DNA of 64,000 nt, from NCBI GenBank assembly GCA_031458695.1, contig JAVKJW010000007.1, positions 31,694-95,693 on the forward strand, read 5' to 3'. The position numbers were made by a program, and so were the translations under genes. Each line of letters begins with the position of its first letter. Position 1 is the stretch's first letter. The notes under the pieces are model-generated. The model had not been told where the DNA came from. It ran no database searches and was given only the letters and a program-made list of their open reading frames with translations. Shown piece after piece: positions 16,774-26,882 of the stretch. This DNA is from Candidatus Thermofontivivens primus. Its GTDB lineage: Bacteria; Sysuimicrobiota; Sysuimicrobiia; Sysuimicrobiales; Thermofontiviventaceae.

Positions 16774-18489
16774 ATGGAAGTTGCGGCGATCATCCACAGG
16801 GCTGAGCGAGCGGGAGTGGTGGACCGGCTCGTGCAGGGGCTCGTCGCCCTCGTAACCATCTTCCTCGTGGCGTTGCCCCTTGTGCCCATCCTCTACCAGA
16901 GCTTCCTCTCCAGTCCATTGTACGAGCCGAGCCGGGCCCTAACGCTCTCCAACTACATCCGGCTCCTAGAGAATCCGGAGTTCCGGAAGGTCCTCTCCAA
17001 CACTCTGGTGTTCGCTATCGCTACAACTGCCCTTGGCGTGGTATTGGGCACCATCCTGGCTATCCTCATTATGCGCACAGACATGCCAGGACGGACTTAC
17101 CTATCGGGGTTGGTCATCTCTCCTCTGTTCCTGAGCCCACTCGTCATCGCCTTTGCCTGGACGGTGATCTTTGGGCCGCAGGGATACCTGACCCAGCTCT
17201 TCCGAAGCCTCGCTGGTAGGGACCCGTGGAACCTGTACTCTCTTGGAGGGATGGCTATCCTGGGCGGGGTCTACTACGCGCCCTATACCTACCTCTATGC
17301 CTCGGGAAGCCTCGCGCTCTCGGATCCTTCGGTGGAAGATGCGGCACGTATCGCTGGTGCTGGACCCCTGCGGACGTTATGGCGGGTAACGCTCCCTCTC
17401 CTCCGGCCGGCACTCCTGTATAGTGGCCTGTTGACGTTCATCGCTGCCGCAGAGGTTCTCAGCATCCCCCTTGTCCTGGGGACGCCTGTAGGGATTGAGC
17501 TTTTCTCCTCCTTCCTCTATAAGCTTGGGATCGTAGGCGGAACGACAGAATACGGGATGATCGCCGCAGCTTCAGTGCTGGTGCTCGTTTTCCTGACACT
17601 CCTCATCGCGCTCCAGGAGCGGCTGCTCGGAGGGCGGCGTCGGTTCGTCACGGTGACAGGGCGGGCGACACGTGCGCGCCTCCTTTCGCTGGGTCGGATC
17701 CGGTGGGCTGCGGCCGCATGGTGCTGGCTTTACGTCTTCCTGGCGATCATCCTCCCGCTTGTCGGGATCGTCGCCCAGTCCTTCACGGCCTTCCTAAGCC
17801 CCTTCATGAACCCTTTGGAGGTCATGACCCTGGATCATTACCGGTTGATCTTTGGCCATAGCGCCTACGCACGGTCCATCCTCAACAGCTTCCTCATCGC
17901 CTTCGCAGGAGGTGCTGTAGGGATCCTGTTCATGGCCCTTGTGACCCTTGTGGCGTTCCGTTCCGACTTCCCGCTTCGGAGACTTTTGATTTACGTTGCC
18001 CTTTACCCCCGGGCAATCCCTGGGATCATCGTGGGCATCGGGTTCCTGTGGACATTCCTCCTCCTCCCAGGGCTGGGGGCGTTGCGCAACACGATCCTTG
18101 GTCTCACCCTTGCGTTCATCACACGATACATCCCCTATGGCTTCGGTGCGGTGAGCCCTGCGGTCTTCCGAGTTAGCGAGGAGATGGACCGAGCCGCTCG
18201 CGTTGTGGGTGCGAGCTGGATCACAACCATCCGCAAGGTCCTCCTGCCACTTCTCCGGGAGGCTCTCTTCGGAGGATACGCCCTCTTGTTCATCACGTTC
18301 CTGAAGGAGTACGCCTCAGCGGTCTTTCTCTTCGCCCGCGGGAGTGAAGTCATGGGGACAACCATGATCGAGCTGTGGCGCCAGGGAGACAGCGGCCCCG
18401 TGTCGGCCCTGGCTGTCGTGCAGGTTGTGCTCACGCTTCTCTGGCTTGGGATCGCCCGGGGGGTGCTTGGGGTGAAGGTCTATGGCTGA
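16774..18489 (+). CDS. ABC transporter permease (fused double domain, FbpB-type)
   Basis: Two EAA-like loops (EDAARIAGAG, DRAARVVGAS). Confidence 0.9.
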   Translation: MEVAAIIHRAERAGVVDRLVQGLVALVTIFLVALPLVPILYQSFLSSPLYEPSRALTLSNYIRLLENPEFRKVLSNTLVFAIATTALGVVLGTILAILIMRTDMPGRTYLSGLVISPLFLSPLVIAFAWTVIFGPQGYLTQLFRSLAGRDPWNLYSLGGMAILGGVYYAPYTYLYASGSLALSDPSVEDAARIAGAGPLRTLWRVTLPLLRPALLYSGLLTFIAAAEVLSIPLVLGTPVGIELFSSFLYKLGIVGGTTEYGMIAAASVLVLVFLTLLIALQERLLGGRRRFVTVTGRATRARLLSLGRIRWAAAAWCWLYVFLAIILPLVGIVAQSFTAFLSPFMNPLEVMTLDHYRLIFGHSAYARSILNSFLIAFAGGAVGILFMALVTLVAFRSDFPLRRLLIYVALYPRAIPGIIVGIGFLWTFLLLPGLGALRNTILGLTLAFITRYIPYGFGAVSPAVFRVSEEMDRAARVVGASWITTIRKVLLPLLREALFGGYALLFITFLKEYASAVFLFARGSEVMGTTMIELWRQGDSGPVSALAVVQVVLTLLWLGIARGVLGVKVYG

Positions 18490-19597
18490 GCTGGTGGTGG
18501 AGGGGCTTCGCAAGCGCTTCGATGGCGTCCTGGCTGTGGACGGGGTGAGCTTTACCGTCCGCGACGGGGAGATGGTGACTCTCTTAGGGCCATCAGGGTG
18601 CGGGAAATCCACGACCCTCAATTGTATCGCCGGGTTGGAGGTTCCAGACGAAGGAGTCATCAAGTTTGGGGACCGCATCCTCACCGACACACGGCGGGGG
18701 ATCTTCCTGCGTCCCGAGGCGCGCAACGTCGGCATGGTATTTCAGTCCTATGCGCTCTGGCCCCACATGACGGTGTTCGAAAACTTAGCCTTCGGGCTCC
18801 GCATGCGCAGGGTCCCCCAGGCGGAGATCCGGCGGCGCATCGAATGGATCCTGTCCTTGTTACAGCTTGAAGGCTTTGAGCATCGATACCCACACCAGCT
18901 GTCCGGTGGGCAACAGCAGCGCATTGCTCTTGCGAGGGCCCTCGTCTATGAACCGAGTATCCTGTTGCTCGATGAACCGTTGTCCAACTTGGATGCCAAG
19001 CTCCGGGAGCAGGCACGGTTCTGGTTGCGGGAGTTGCAGCAGCGGCTCCGCATCACAGCGATCTATGTGACCCACGACCAAGCAGAGGCCCTGGCGCTTT
19101 CAGACCGCGTGGTGGTGATGAACCGTGGTCGCATTATGGCCATCGGAACCCCACGGGAGATCTATGAGCTCCCTCCAAACCCCTTCGTGGCCGATTTTAT
19201 CGGCTCCTGTAACTTCCTCCATGGTCATATCGAGACCATCGGGGAAGCGAACCGGATTACTGTGAAGTTGGAGAAGGGAATTCCGTTGCAGGCCTCCGCC
19301 CTGTACCGGTTTTCCCCTGGGCAGCCGGTGATCGTGGCAGTGCGGCCACAACGAATCCGCATCCATACTGATGGTCCTAAGGAGACGAACACCCTCCCCG
19401 GGAAGGTAGAGTCAGGCTTATACTTGGGAGCGTCGTTCCAGTATGTCCTCGAAACCCCCGTGGGAACGCTGCGTGTAGAAGCAACAGAGCCTGTGCAGGG
19501 GGAGGTCACCCTCTACCTGCCGCCGGAGTGGTGCATTGTGCTTCCCGCATCGGATTCTGGAGACGAGGGAGGGAGCCCTGCGGATGCTGCCACTTGA
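18482..19597 (+). CDS. ABC transporter ATP-binding protein with TOBE domain
   Basis: GPSGCGKST, LSGGQQQR, LLLDEP. Confidence 0.93.
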   Translation: MAELVVEGLRKRFDGVLAVDGVSFTVRDGEMVTLLGPSGCGKSTTLNCIAGLEVPDEGVIKFGDRILTDTRRGIFLRPEARNVGMVFQSYALWPHMTVFENLAFGLRMRRVPQAEIRRRIEWILSLLQLEGFEHRYPHQLSGGQQQRIALARALVYEPSILLLDEPLSNLDAKLREQARFWLRELQQRLRITAIYVTHDQAEALALSDRVVVMNRGRIMAIGTPREIYELPPNPFVADFIGSCNFLHGHIETIGEANRITVKLEKGIPLQASALYRFSPGQPVIVAVRPQRIRIHTDGPKETNTLPGKVESGLYLGASFQYVLETPVGTLRVEATEPVQGEVTLYLPPEWCIVLPASDSGDEGGSPADAAT

Positions 19598-20765
19598 GGA
19601 TCTCCGTGTGCTGGATCTGTCCCGCCTTGTGGCAGGGAACATGCTGACCCTTGTCCTTGCGGATTTCGGCGCAGATGTGGTCAAAGTGGAGCAGCCCGGA
19701 GTCGGGGACCCGCTACGAACCTGGAAGACGAACAACCTGGACCTGTGGTGGAAGGTCTATGCGCGGAACAAACGGAGCATCACACTGAACCTGGCGCACC
19801 CGCAAGGACGCTCCCTCCTGTTGCAGATGGTCGACCACTTCGATGTGCTCGTGGAGAATTTCGTCCCTGGCACGCTCGAGCGATGGGGGATCGCCCCGGA
19901 TGTCTTGCTCGCCCGGAATCCACGGCTCGTCGTGGTCCGGATCTCCGGATGGGGGCAGACAGGGCCATACCGGGAGAGGCCAGGGCTTGGAACGTTGATC
20001 GAGGCCATGAGCGGGTTTGCGGCCATGACAGGATTTCCTGATCGACCGCCGACCCTGCCGCCATTTCCCCTCGCCGATATGGTTGCAGCTCTGTGGGGCG
20101 TTGCGGCAACGGTCATCGCCGTCTCCCATGCGCGGCGGTCGGGAAACGGGCAGGTCATCGACCTCGCCATTCTTGAACCGCTTTTTGCCATCCTGGGACC
20201 TGTCGCTGCCGAGTATCGGTTGGCAGGGAAAGTGCGGGAACGGATCGGCAACCGATCGTACAATGCCGCGCCCCGAAATACCTACAAGACCGCGGACGGC
20301 CAGTGGGTGGCCATCTCTGCATCCACTCCCCATACTGCCGCCCGCCTGTTCGAGGCCCTTGGGCTGTCTGAGCTTCTTTCTGACCCTCGGTTTGCGACAA
20401 ACGAGGCCCGGGTCCAGCACGCAGAAGCGCTCGACGAGATCCTCGGGGAAGCGATCGGGAGGTATACGCTCCAGGAATTGATGGAACTGTTCACACGCCA
20501 CGAAGTAACTGCCGCACCGGTGTATAATGTTGCACAACTCCTCGCAGATCCGCACGTCCAAGCGCGTGCGCTGGTGATCGAGGTAGAGGACCCCCAGTTG
20601 GGAAGAATTCCCATGCATCTCCCCCTCCCCCGTCTTACGGGCACACCGGGTGCAATCCGTTGGCCCGGCCCTCCCCTTGGGGCCCACAACGAGGAGTTCT
20701 ATCGAGGGGAACTTGGACTTACGACTGCAGAACTAGAACGATTGAAGGCAGAAGGTGTGATTTAG
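19584..20765 (+). CDS. CaiB/BaiF class III CoA transferase
   Basis: LRVLDLSR, LADFGADVVKVEQP..GDPLR, RNKRSITLNL, ENFVPG, GWGQTGPY. Confidence 0.92.
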   Translation: MLPLEDLRVLDLSRLVAGNMLTLVLADFGADVVKVEQPGVGDPLRTWKTNNLDLWWKVYARNKRSITLNLAHPQGRSLLLQMVDHFDVLVENFVPGTLERWGIAPDVLLARNPRLVVVRISGWGQTGPYRERPGLGTLIEAMSGFAAMTGFPDRPPTLPPFPLADMVAALWGVAATVIAVSHARRSGNGQVIDLAILEPLFAILGPVAAEYRLAGKVRERIGNRSYNAAPRNTYKTADGQWVAISASTPHTAARLFEALGLSELLSDPRFATNEARVQHAEALDEILGEAIGRYTLQELMELFTRHEVTAAPVYNVAQLLADPHVQARALVIEVEDPQLGRIPMHLPLPRLTGTPGAIRWPGPPLGAHNEEFYRGELGLTTAELERLKAEGVI

Positions 20766-20834
20766 GTAGCTCAGTGTTCAGAAGGAGACTGAGCAAAACT
20801 CCTGGGCCTCTTGCGAGGTGCCTGGAAGAGGAGG

Positions 20835-21602
20835 ATGCCTATGGAAGCGTGGAGGACGTCGATTTCTACCTATGATCGCGACCGCATCATCCTGCGGGGA
20901 TACCGCGTGGAGGATCTCATGCATCGCGGGAACTTTGGGGATGTGGCATTCTTGCTTCTCCGCGGCCGCATGCCCTCCCCTGCCGAGTCCAGACTGTGGA
21001 ATGCGATCCTCATCGCCTCCTCAGACCATGGACCCACTCCCCCTTCCACCATGGCCGCGCGTGTCATCGCCAGCGGAAACCGGAAGGCGGTGGAGGCTGC
21101 TGTTGCAGGAGGCTTGCTCGCAATAGGGGATGCGCATGGCGGGGCGGGAGAGGAAGCGATGCGGATGTTGCAGGAAGGGATCGAGTTGATCTCTCGCGAG
21201 GGGATCTCTGTGGAGGAAGCTGGAAGACAGCTCGTGCAGCGATACCGGATGGAGGGCAAGAGGATCCCAGGTGTGGGACACAGGGTGCACGAGCGAGATC
21301 CGAGAACCGTGGCCCTGTGGGCGATGGCCAAGGAGGAAGGAATTGCCGAACTTCCCATTGCCCTGATGCAAGCCATTGCCGATGCCCTCTCCATGCAGGT
21401 CGGTCGAACGCTCCCGGTGAACGTGGACGGAGCGCTTGCGGCCGTCTTGCTGGGCCTGGAATTCCCTCCTGAAGTCGGGAAACTCGTGTTCATCCTCGGC
21501 CGGTGCGCAGGCATCGCGGCACATGTGGTGGAGGAACTGACGCGGGAGGCGCCTATGAGGATCCACGTGCCGTTCACTTACGATGGCCCACAACCGGAAT
21601 AG
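20835..21602 (+). CDS. Citryl-CoA lyase-like protein (citrate synthase fold)
   Basis: WRTSIS...RGY, DHG.TPPST.AAR, HGGAGE, IPGVGHRVH..DPR, NVDGA; about 255 aa. Confidence 0.85.
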   Translation: MPMEAWRTSISTYDRDRIILRGYRVEDLMHRGNFGDVAFLLLRGRMPSPAESRLWNAILIASSDHGPTPPSTMAARVIASGNRKAVEAAVAGGLLAIGDAHGGAGEEAMRMLQEGIELISREGISVEEAGRQLVQRYRMEGKRIPGVGHRVHERDPRTVALWAMAKEEGIAELPIALMQAIADALSMQVGRTLPVNVDGALAAVLLGLEFPPEVGKLVFILGRCAGIAAHVVEELTREAPMRIHVPFTYDGPQPE

Positions 21603-21631
21603 GTTGCGAGCAAGCGCACAGGATTTCGAAG

Positions 21632-23008
21632 ATGCGTGACCCGTACCTCGAAGTGTTCGCAGCATATGCACGGAGCATCCAGTGGAAGGATCTCCCGCAG
21701 GAAACGGTCCATGAAGTGAAACGCCGTATCCTCGACTCCCTCGGAGTGGCACTGCTAGCTTTAGGAGCAGAGGCCGTTGCTGCAGCACGGAACCTTGCCT
21801 ATGAAGTTGCTTCCCCACGAGGCGCGAGCATCTGGGGAACGCGAGTCAGGGCATCTCCAGACCTCGCTGCCTTTGTCAATGGGATCATGGTCCGCACGCT
21901 CGACTACAACGATACTTACCTGTCTCGGGAGCCACTCCACCCAAGCGATATGATCGCCCCCCTGATGGCAGTCGCAGAATATCGGGACTGCCCGACCACG
22001 GAGCTGGTCACCGCAATCGCGGTGGCATACGAGATTGGTGTCTCCCTGTGCGATGCCGGGAGTCTACGCAAACACGGGTGGGACCATGTCAATTATCTGG
22101 GAGTTGCGACTGCCTCCGCAGCAGGGCGTCTTTTCGGCTTAGAACCGGAGGCCTTGGAGCATGCGATCTCCCTGACAGTTGTGCCGCACGCCGCCATGCG
22201 CCAGACGCGTTCGGGGGAGCTCTCCATGTGGAAGGGAGCTGCGGCTGCCAATGCCTGTCGCAACGCCATTTTCTCCTGTCTTTTAGCGGCAAAGGGGATG
22301 AGGGGCCCATTCCAACCATTTGTGGGGGAGATGGGGTTTATCCGCCAGCTCCTCAAGGGTGAGGAGTTCGATCAGGAGGCCTTCAGGTCTCTCCAGGAAC
22401 GGCGGCCGCCGCGGAGGATCCTGGACACATCCCTAAAGTATTGGCCGGTAGAATACCATGCCCAGACTGCGGTAGACGCGGCTCTTCAGGTGCGCGGAGA
22501 GATTGAAGATCCGAGTCGTATCTCCCACATCGAGATCCATACTTTCAAGGCCGCCTATGAGATCATTGCCAAAGACCCCGAGAAATGGGCGCCTCAGACA
22601 CGGGAGACGGCGGATCATTCCCTGCCCTATACCGTGGTCGTTGCCCTTCTCGATGGGGAGCTCACATGGCGATCGTTCGACCCAGAGCGCTTCTCGGATC
22701 CTCTGATCCGGAAGATGCTTGCAGAGCATACCACACTGTGGGAGGACCCTGCACTCACAGCGGCTTACCCGCAGGCGGTCCCTAACCGCATTGTCGTGCG
22801 GACCAGGGATGGGTCCGAGGTCGTACGGGAGGTATGGTATCCGCGCGGCCACGTGCGCAATCCCATGACCGACGAGGAGGTCGTGGAGAAGTTCCGGAAA
22901 AACGTCAGCGGGGTGCTCCCAACAGCCAAGGCTGAGCGACTTGTAGAGTGCGTGATGGGGATCGAGCGATCTTCGATCCATGAGATTGTGGACCTCATGG
23001 TGGTTTGA
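21632..23008 (+). CDS. prpD: MmgE/PrpD family protein (2-methylcitrate dehydratase-like)
   Basis: RTLDYNDTY, HPSD, GWDH, GELSMWKG, RETADHSLPY, PRGHVRNP. Confidence 0.85.
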   Translation: MRDPYLEVFAAYARSIQWKDLPQETVHEVKRRILDSLGVALLALGAEAVAAARNLAYEVASPRGASIWGTRVRASPDLAAFVNGIMVRTLDYNDTYLSREPLHPSDMIAPLMAVAEYRDCPTTELVTAIAVAYEIGVSLCDAGSLRKHGWDHVNYLGVATASAAGRLFGLEPEALEHAISLTVVPHAAMRQTRSGELSMWKGAAAANACRNAIFSCLLAAKGMRGPFQPFVGEMGFIRQLLKGEEFDQEAFRSLQERRPPRRILDTSLKYWPVEYHAQTAVDAALQVRGEIEDPSRISHIEIHTFKAAYEIIAKDPEKWAPQTRETADHSLPYTVVVALLDGELTWRSFDPERFSDPLIRKMLAEHTTLWEDPALTAAYPQAVPNRIVVRTRDGSEVVREVWYPRGHVRNPMTDEEVVEKFRKNVSGVLPTAKAERLVECVMGIERSSIHEIVDLMVV

Positions 23009-23166
23009 GTGGAAGCTCACCCAGCAACGCCTCCGTCCGTCGGCACTCAACCGTACTCTCCTGTATTCCTGTCAAACCATCTTCTCGGTTCCAAGACCTT
23101 GTCTTGGGGTAGCAGCCCTGCTATACTGGTTGTAACGTTTGTATACTCTGTAAACAAAAGAGACAG

Positions 23167-23589
23167 GTGATCGGTGTGTCCCGGGTCGTCAGTATGCGGT
23201 TGAAGGATGCGGAAGCGGAAAAGCTGAAGCGTCTCGCACAGCGCCTTCGGAGATCCGTTTCTGAGACGGCCTCTCTCCTTCTCTCAGAAAAGCTGCGTGA
23301 GGAAGAGTTTCCTCTCATCGAGTTCCGCGCCTCCGGCCTCGGGAGACAACCTTATATCAAGGGTACCGGCCTGGCGGTATGGGAGGTCGCCCTCGTAGCA
23401 AAGCAGCTGGGCATGGACGCGCGAAAGGTTGCGGAACATCTCGGCTGGCCGGAGGAGCGCGTCCAGGCCGCCCTCAGATATGCGGAGGTCTACCCGGACG
23501 AAGTCTGGCCGCTTGTGGAAGAGGCCGAATCCACAACTCTCCAGCAGCTCCGGCGGAAGCTTCCCTGGCTTGAAGAGGTTGCACCGTAG
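23167..23589 (+). CDS. Antitoxin: N-terminal RHH plus DUF433 domain
   Basis: VVSMRL...LKRLA...SVSE (RHH-like); GRQPYIKGTGLAVWEV...VQAALRYAE.YPDE (DUF433). Confidence 0.82.
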   Translation: MIGVSRVVSMRLKDAEAEKLKRLAQRLRRSVSETASLLLSEKLREEEFPLIEFRASGLGRQPYIKGTGLAVWEVALVAKQLGMDARKVAEHLGWPEERVQAALRYAEVYPDEVWPLVEEAESTTLQQLRRKLPWLEEVAP

Positions 23590-23952
23590 GTGAGCTACCT
23601 CCTCGACGAGCACTTCTCCCCTGCAGTGGCACATGGGTTGCGCGCGCGGGACATACAGGCAAGCACCTTGAGGGAATTTGCCGGAGGCCGATATGTGGCG
23701 GCGGACGATGCCGAGATCCTGATCGCCGCTCGCGACGCTGGCCTGGTCTTTGTTACCTTCGACGTCCACACCATCCCCGAAGTCCTGCGGTCCTTTGCAG
23801 AAGCGGGGACAGAGCACGGTGGGGTGGTGCTCGTGAGTACCCGGTCGTTCAGACAGGACGACATCGGGGGATTGATTGCCAGCCTGGAGCGTCTGCACCA
23901 CAAGCTCCAACGGGAAGGAAGCCGCAACCGCGTCCTCTACCTGGTGGGTTGA
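23590..23952 (+). CDS. DUF5615 PIN-like toxin
   Basis: YLLDEHFS, DAEIL..A...GLVFVTFD, EHGGVVLV; directly follows the DUF433 gene. Confidence 0.82.
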   Translation: MSYLLDEHFSPAVAHGLRARDIQASTLREFAGGRYVAADDAEILIAARDAGLVFVTFDVHTIPEVLRSFAEAGTEHGGVVLVSTRSFRQDDIGGLIASLERLHHKLQREGSRNRVLYLVG

Positions 23953-24188
23953 ACAGCAACCTCTCGGTCTCAGCGCAAGCGAGAGGCTCAGGCTCTCTGC
24001 CCACCTCTCCACAGTGTCCTCCGAAAAATCGGCGCGCCGTGGAACAGGCAGAGGAGACTGTAAGCGATCCGGCAACCGGTGTCGAGAAGGCTTGACAAAC
24101 GTAGTCCCTCCACATCGATGCTTTCTGCCAATTGGATGGAGGTGCGCTAGGGGTCAACCGCCAAAGTCGCGTCTGAGCGATCTTCGAA

Positions 24189-24560
24189 TCATCGCAGCAC
24201 TTCAATGCGTTGTGCCTCGATCTCGTTGTAGAACGTGTACTGCCCCACCCGCTTCATCTTGTCGAACCGGCCTACCACACGCACGCGCAGGCCATTCCGG
24301 AGGCCCTGGTGACGCCAAGCGAAAACTGCCACAGATGCTCCGCCCTCTTCCAGCCGGAAGGTCGTATAAGGGTTGCCACGAGCGGAGATGCGTTCGCGGT
24401 AGGCAGCAATGGTTCCCGTCACGCTGACGATCTGACCGTCGTATCGGTCGGGGTTCTGGACAATATCTCGGACAGTAACCGTTAGTTGGGCGAGAGCTGA
24501 GGGAAGCAGTAGGGTGACAAGGAGGAAGACAAGAAAAACTTTCACACGAAGGGGCTTCAT
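24189..24560 (-). CDS. Secreted OB-fold protein
   Basis: Signal peptide, then VRDIVQNPDRYDGQIVSVTG...YTTFRL...VRVVG.F OB-fold pattern. Confidence 0.7.
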   Translation of the reverse strand: MKPLRVKVFLVFLLVTLLLPSALAQLTVTVRDIVQNPDRYDGQIVSVTGTIAAYRERISARGNPYTTFRLEEGGASVAVFAWRHQGLRNGLRVRVVGRFDKMKRVGQYTFYNEIEAQRIEVLR

Positions 24561-24916
24561 CTTCTCTCACCCCTTGGTCTTTTTTCGCTCTTCCGGTACA
24601 ACCAGGGTGAAGCGTTCCCGGCTAGGTACTGCACCCGTATTCCTTGCCACAGGCTCATTATACGGCACCTCTCGTCGGATGCGAAGGGTACACATGCGGA
24701 TTCCAGGTTCCTTCCGGTCCGAAGCAGCATAATCACAACGATTGGTTTCCCCTTCGGTGAGCACTACTTCCCCTCCGCCCCGTACGACCTTCGTATTCTT
24801 CGAAAAGGGGTGGTTTGCTTCGCGCAAACCAAGTTTCATAGCGTCCTTCGAGATTGTCGTATCTGTCACTACGTTCTACCCCCTGAGAGATGAAGGGGCA
24901 AGTCATCCAAGAGCTC

Positions 24917-24962
24917 TTGACAAGGCTAAGGTCTTGAGGTACCATATTCCACAAAATGGAAT
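24917..24962 (+). promoter_or_regulatory. Promoter TTGACA-N17-TACCAT with IclR operator over the start codon
   Basis: TTGACA 24917-22; TACCAT 24940-45; perfect ATTCCA-N5-TGGAAT at 24946-24962 containing ATG 24956. Confidence 0.72.
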
Positions 24963-25777
24963 TAATTTCCAGAAATAACAGACGCCGGGGGAATCCCCAG
25001 AATAAGGCAAAAGCAGCAGGGACTCTCGAGAAGGGTCTTGCTCTCCTCGAGTGGCTATCTCGGGGGAAAGGCGAGTTCACCCTTATGCATCTCGCAAACG
25101 CTGTGAGTCTTCCTCCTAGCACCACACATCGTATTCTTGCTGCGCTCGGCAGATTGGGTTACGTTGAGCAGGATCAAGAGACAAGGCACTATCGGTTGGG
25201 ACACAAGGCAGTAGGATTCGCCGCCTCCATCCTTCAGCAAATAGACATGCTCCGGGAGGCTCGCTCTCTACTGCAGAACTTCGTATCAAAAACAGGGGAA
25301 AGTATTACATTGGCGACTTTGGAGGATAAAGAAGTCCTCGTCATTGAGAAGGTCGAAGTATTTGACCGTCCGCGGCTGTTCCTGCACATCGGGAGACGCG
25401 CACCTGTGCATTCTACAGCCCTTGGGAAAGTTCTCCTTGCAGGTCTCCCAGACCGTGAGGTTCTCAACATTCTCAGGCGTACAGGAATGCCACGCCTGAC
25501 GCCAAATACCATAGTTTCCCCCAAGCAGTTCCTTCATCACCTCCGCCGAGTCCGCCAGTTAGGATATGCCATAGACGACGAGGAGACTGTCTTAGGCGCA
25601 AGGTGCCTCGCTGTCCCGGTTTATAACCATCTTGGTCGTGTAATTGGCGCACTGAGCTCATCTGGCCCGACGAGCATATGGACTGATAGATATATGAAAA
25701 CGGTTCTTAGGCCCCTTCGAAATGTAGCTCATGAATTGTCGGTTCGCCTTGGATATTCGCCGTGGGTCAATCAATAA
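24956..25777 (+). CDS. IclR family transcriptional regulator
   Basis: LPPSTTHRIL, TGESITL, HSTALGKVLLA, GYAIDDEE...GARCLAVPV. Confidence 0.93.
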   Translation: MELISRNNRRRGNPQNKAKAAGTLEKGLALLEWLSRGKGEFTLMHLANAVSLPPSTTHRILAALGRLGYVEQDQETRHYRLGHKAVGFAASILQQIDMLREARSLLQNFVSKTGESITLATLEDKEVLVIEKVEVFDRPRLFLHIGRRAPVHSTALGKVLLAGLPDREVLNILRRTGMPRLTPNTIVSPKQFLHHLRRVRQLGYAIDDEETVLGARCLAVPVYNHLGRVIGALSSSGPTSIWTDRYMKTVLRPLRNVAHELSVRLGYSPWVNQ

Positions 25778-25810
25778 AGCGTGTGGCCTATAGAAAGGAG
25801 GGAAAAAACA

Positions 25811-26863
25811 ATGCGTGGGAAAAGACGAATGAGTTACGTTCTGACCGTTCTGATGCTCGGCCTCTTTGTGCTCCCTGTGTTTTCCGCGCCACCAAAGGTG
25901 AAGCTCACAATGTTCATTTGGGCAGGCGCAAACCAAGGGGTAGTTCCACGGGAGGTTGTTCGACAGTATTTGCGCACCCATCCAAACGTAGAAATTGAAT
26001 TCTGGGAATCTAACAATACCATTACTTATCCCAAGATGGTAGCGGCTAAACAAGCGAATCCGAACAATCCCCTCATCCATTTTGGGTTCTTCAACATCGA
26101 TGCAAGCAACCGTGGTGACGTAGACGACATGTGGCTTCCTCTCGACGAGAAGAAGATCCCGAATATGCGTTTTGTACATCCGAGTCTACGTCGTCCCGGG
26201 AATCATGGAATAGGCTATGGTATCAGCGCCATGGGTTTAATGTATAATAAGAACTTAGTGCAAGAGCCACCAAACTCCTGGAGTGCACTTTGGGATCCGA
26301 AGTGGCGAGGAAAAGTTACCTTCTTCGATAACAACTTCATCCCTCTTGTCCTGGCGGCTCGCTTAAATGGAGGGAGCGAAAAGAACATCGATCCAGGATT
26401 TAAGGTCTGGTCAGAGAATGCCAAGAACATTCGGGCCCTTGTGACGAGCAACGATCAACTTAAGAACCTTCTCGTGAGTGGAGAGGCACTCATAGCGCCT
26501 TGGTTTACGAGTATATGGAAGTTCTGGGAGCTGGAGGGAGCACCGCTTGGCTTCATCAATCCTAAAGAAGGTGTAGTCGCGTTTCCTATCTACCTCCAAA
26601 TCGTGAAAGGTAGCACTCCAGAGCAGATCCGGATCGCAGAGGAGATTATCAACGAACTGCTGGCTCCCGAGAATAACGCGCGATACGCTCGCCTGACATT
26701 CGGAATTCCTTCTGTGAAAGGAGCGCAAATTGCAGAAAGTGTCCGGCAGATTCTTAACCCAAAGCTTCTGGATACTGCCATATGGCTGGATTGGGCAACG
26801 ATGGCCCAAAGGGCCAGCGAGTGGCGCCAACGGTGGGAGCGCGAAGTAAAATCCAGAATGTAG
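25811..26863 (+). CDS. PotD/PotF-like ABC substrate-binding protein
   Basis: Signal peptide; LMYNKNLV..PPNSWSALWDPKWRGKV; PKEG. Confidence 0.85.
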   Translation: MRGKRRMSYVLTVLMLGLFVLPVFSAPPKVKLTMFIWAGANQGVVPREVVRQYLRTHPNVEIEFWESNNTITYPKMVAAKQANPNNPLIHFGFFNIDASNRGDVDDMWLPLDEKKIPNMRFVHPSLRRPGNHGIGYGISAMGLMYNKNLVQEPPNSWSALWDPKWRGKVTFFDNNFIPLVLAARLNGGSEKNIDPGFKVWSENAKNIRALVTSNDQLKNLLVSGEALIAPWFTSIWKFWELEGAPLGFINPKEGVVAFPIYLQIVKGSTPEQIRIAEEIINELLAPENNARYARLTFGIPSVKGAQIAESVRQILNPKLLDTAIWLDWATMAQRASEWRQRWEREVKSRM

Positions 26864-26882
26864 AGGAGCTTCTGAGGGATTC

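Noticed and set aside
24567..24869. 100-aa minus-strand ORF
   Set aside because: No recognisable motif; cannot be supported as a gene
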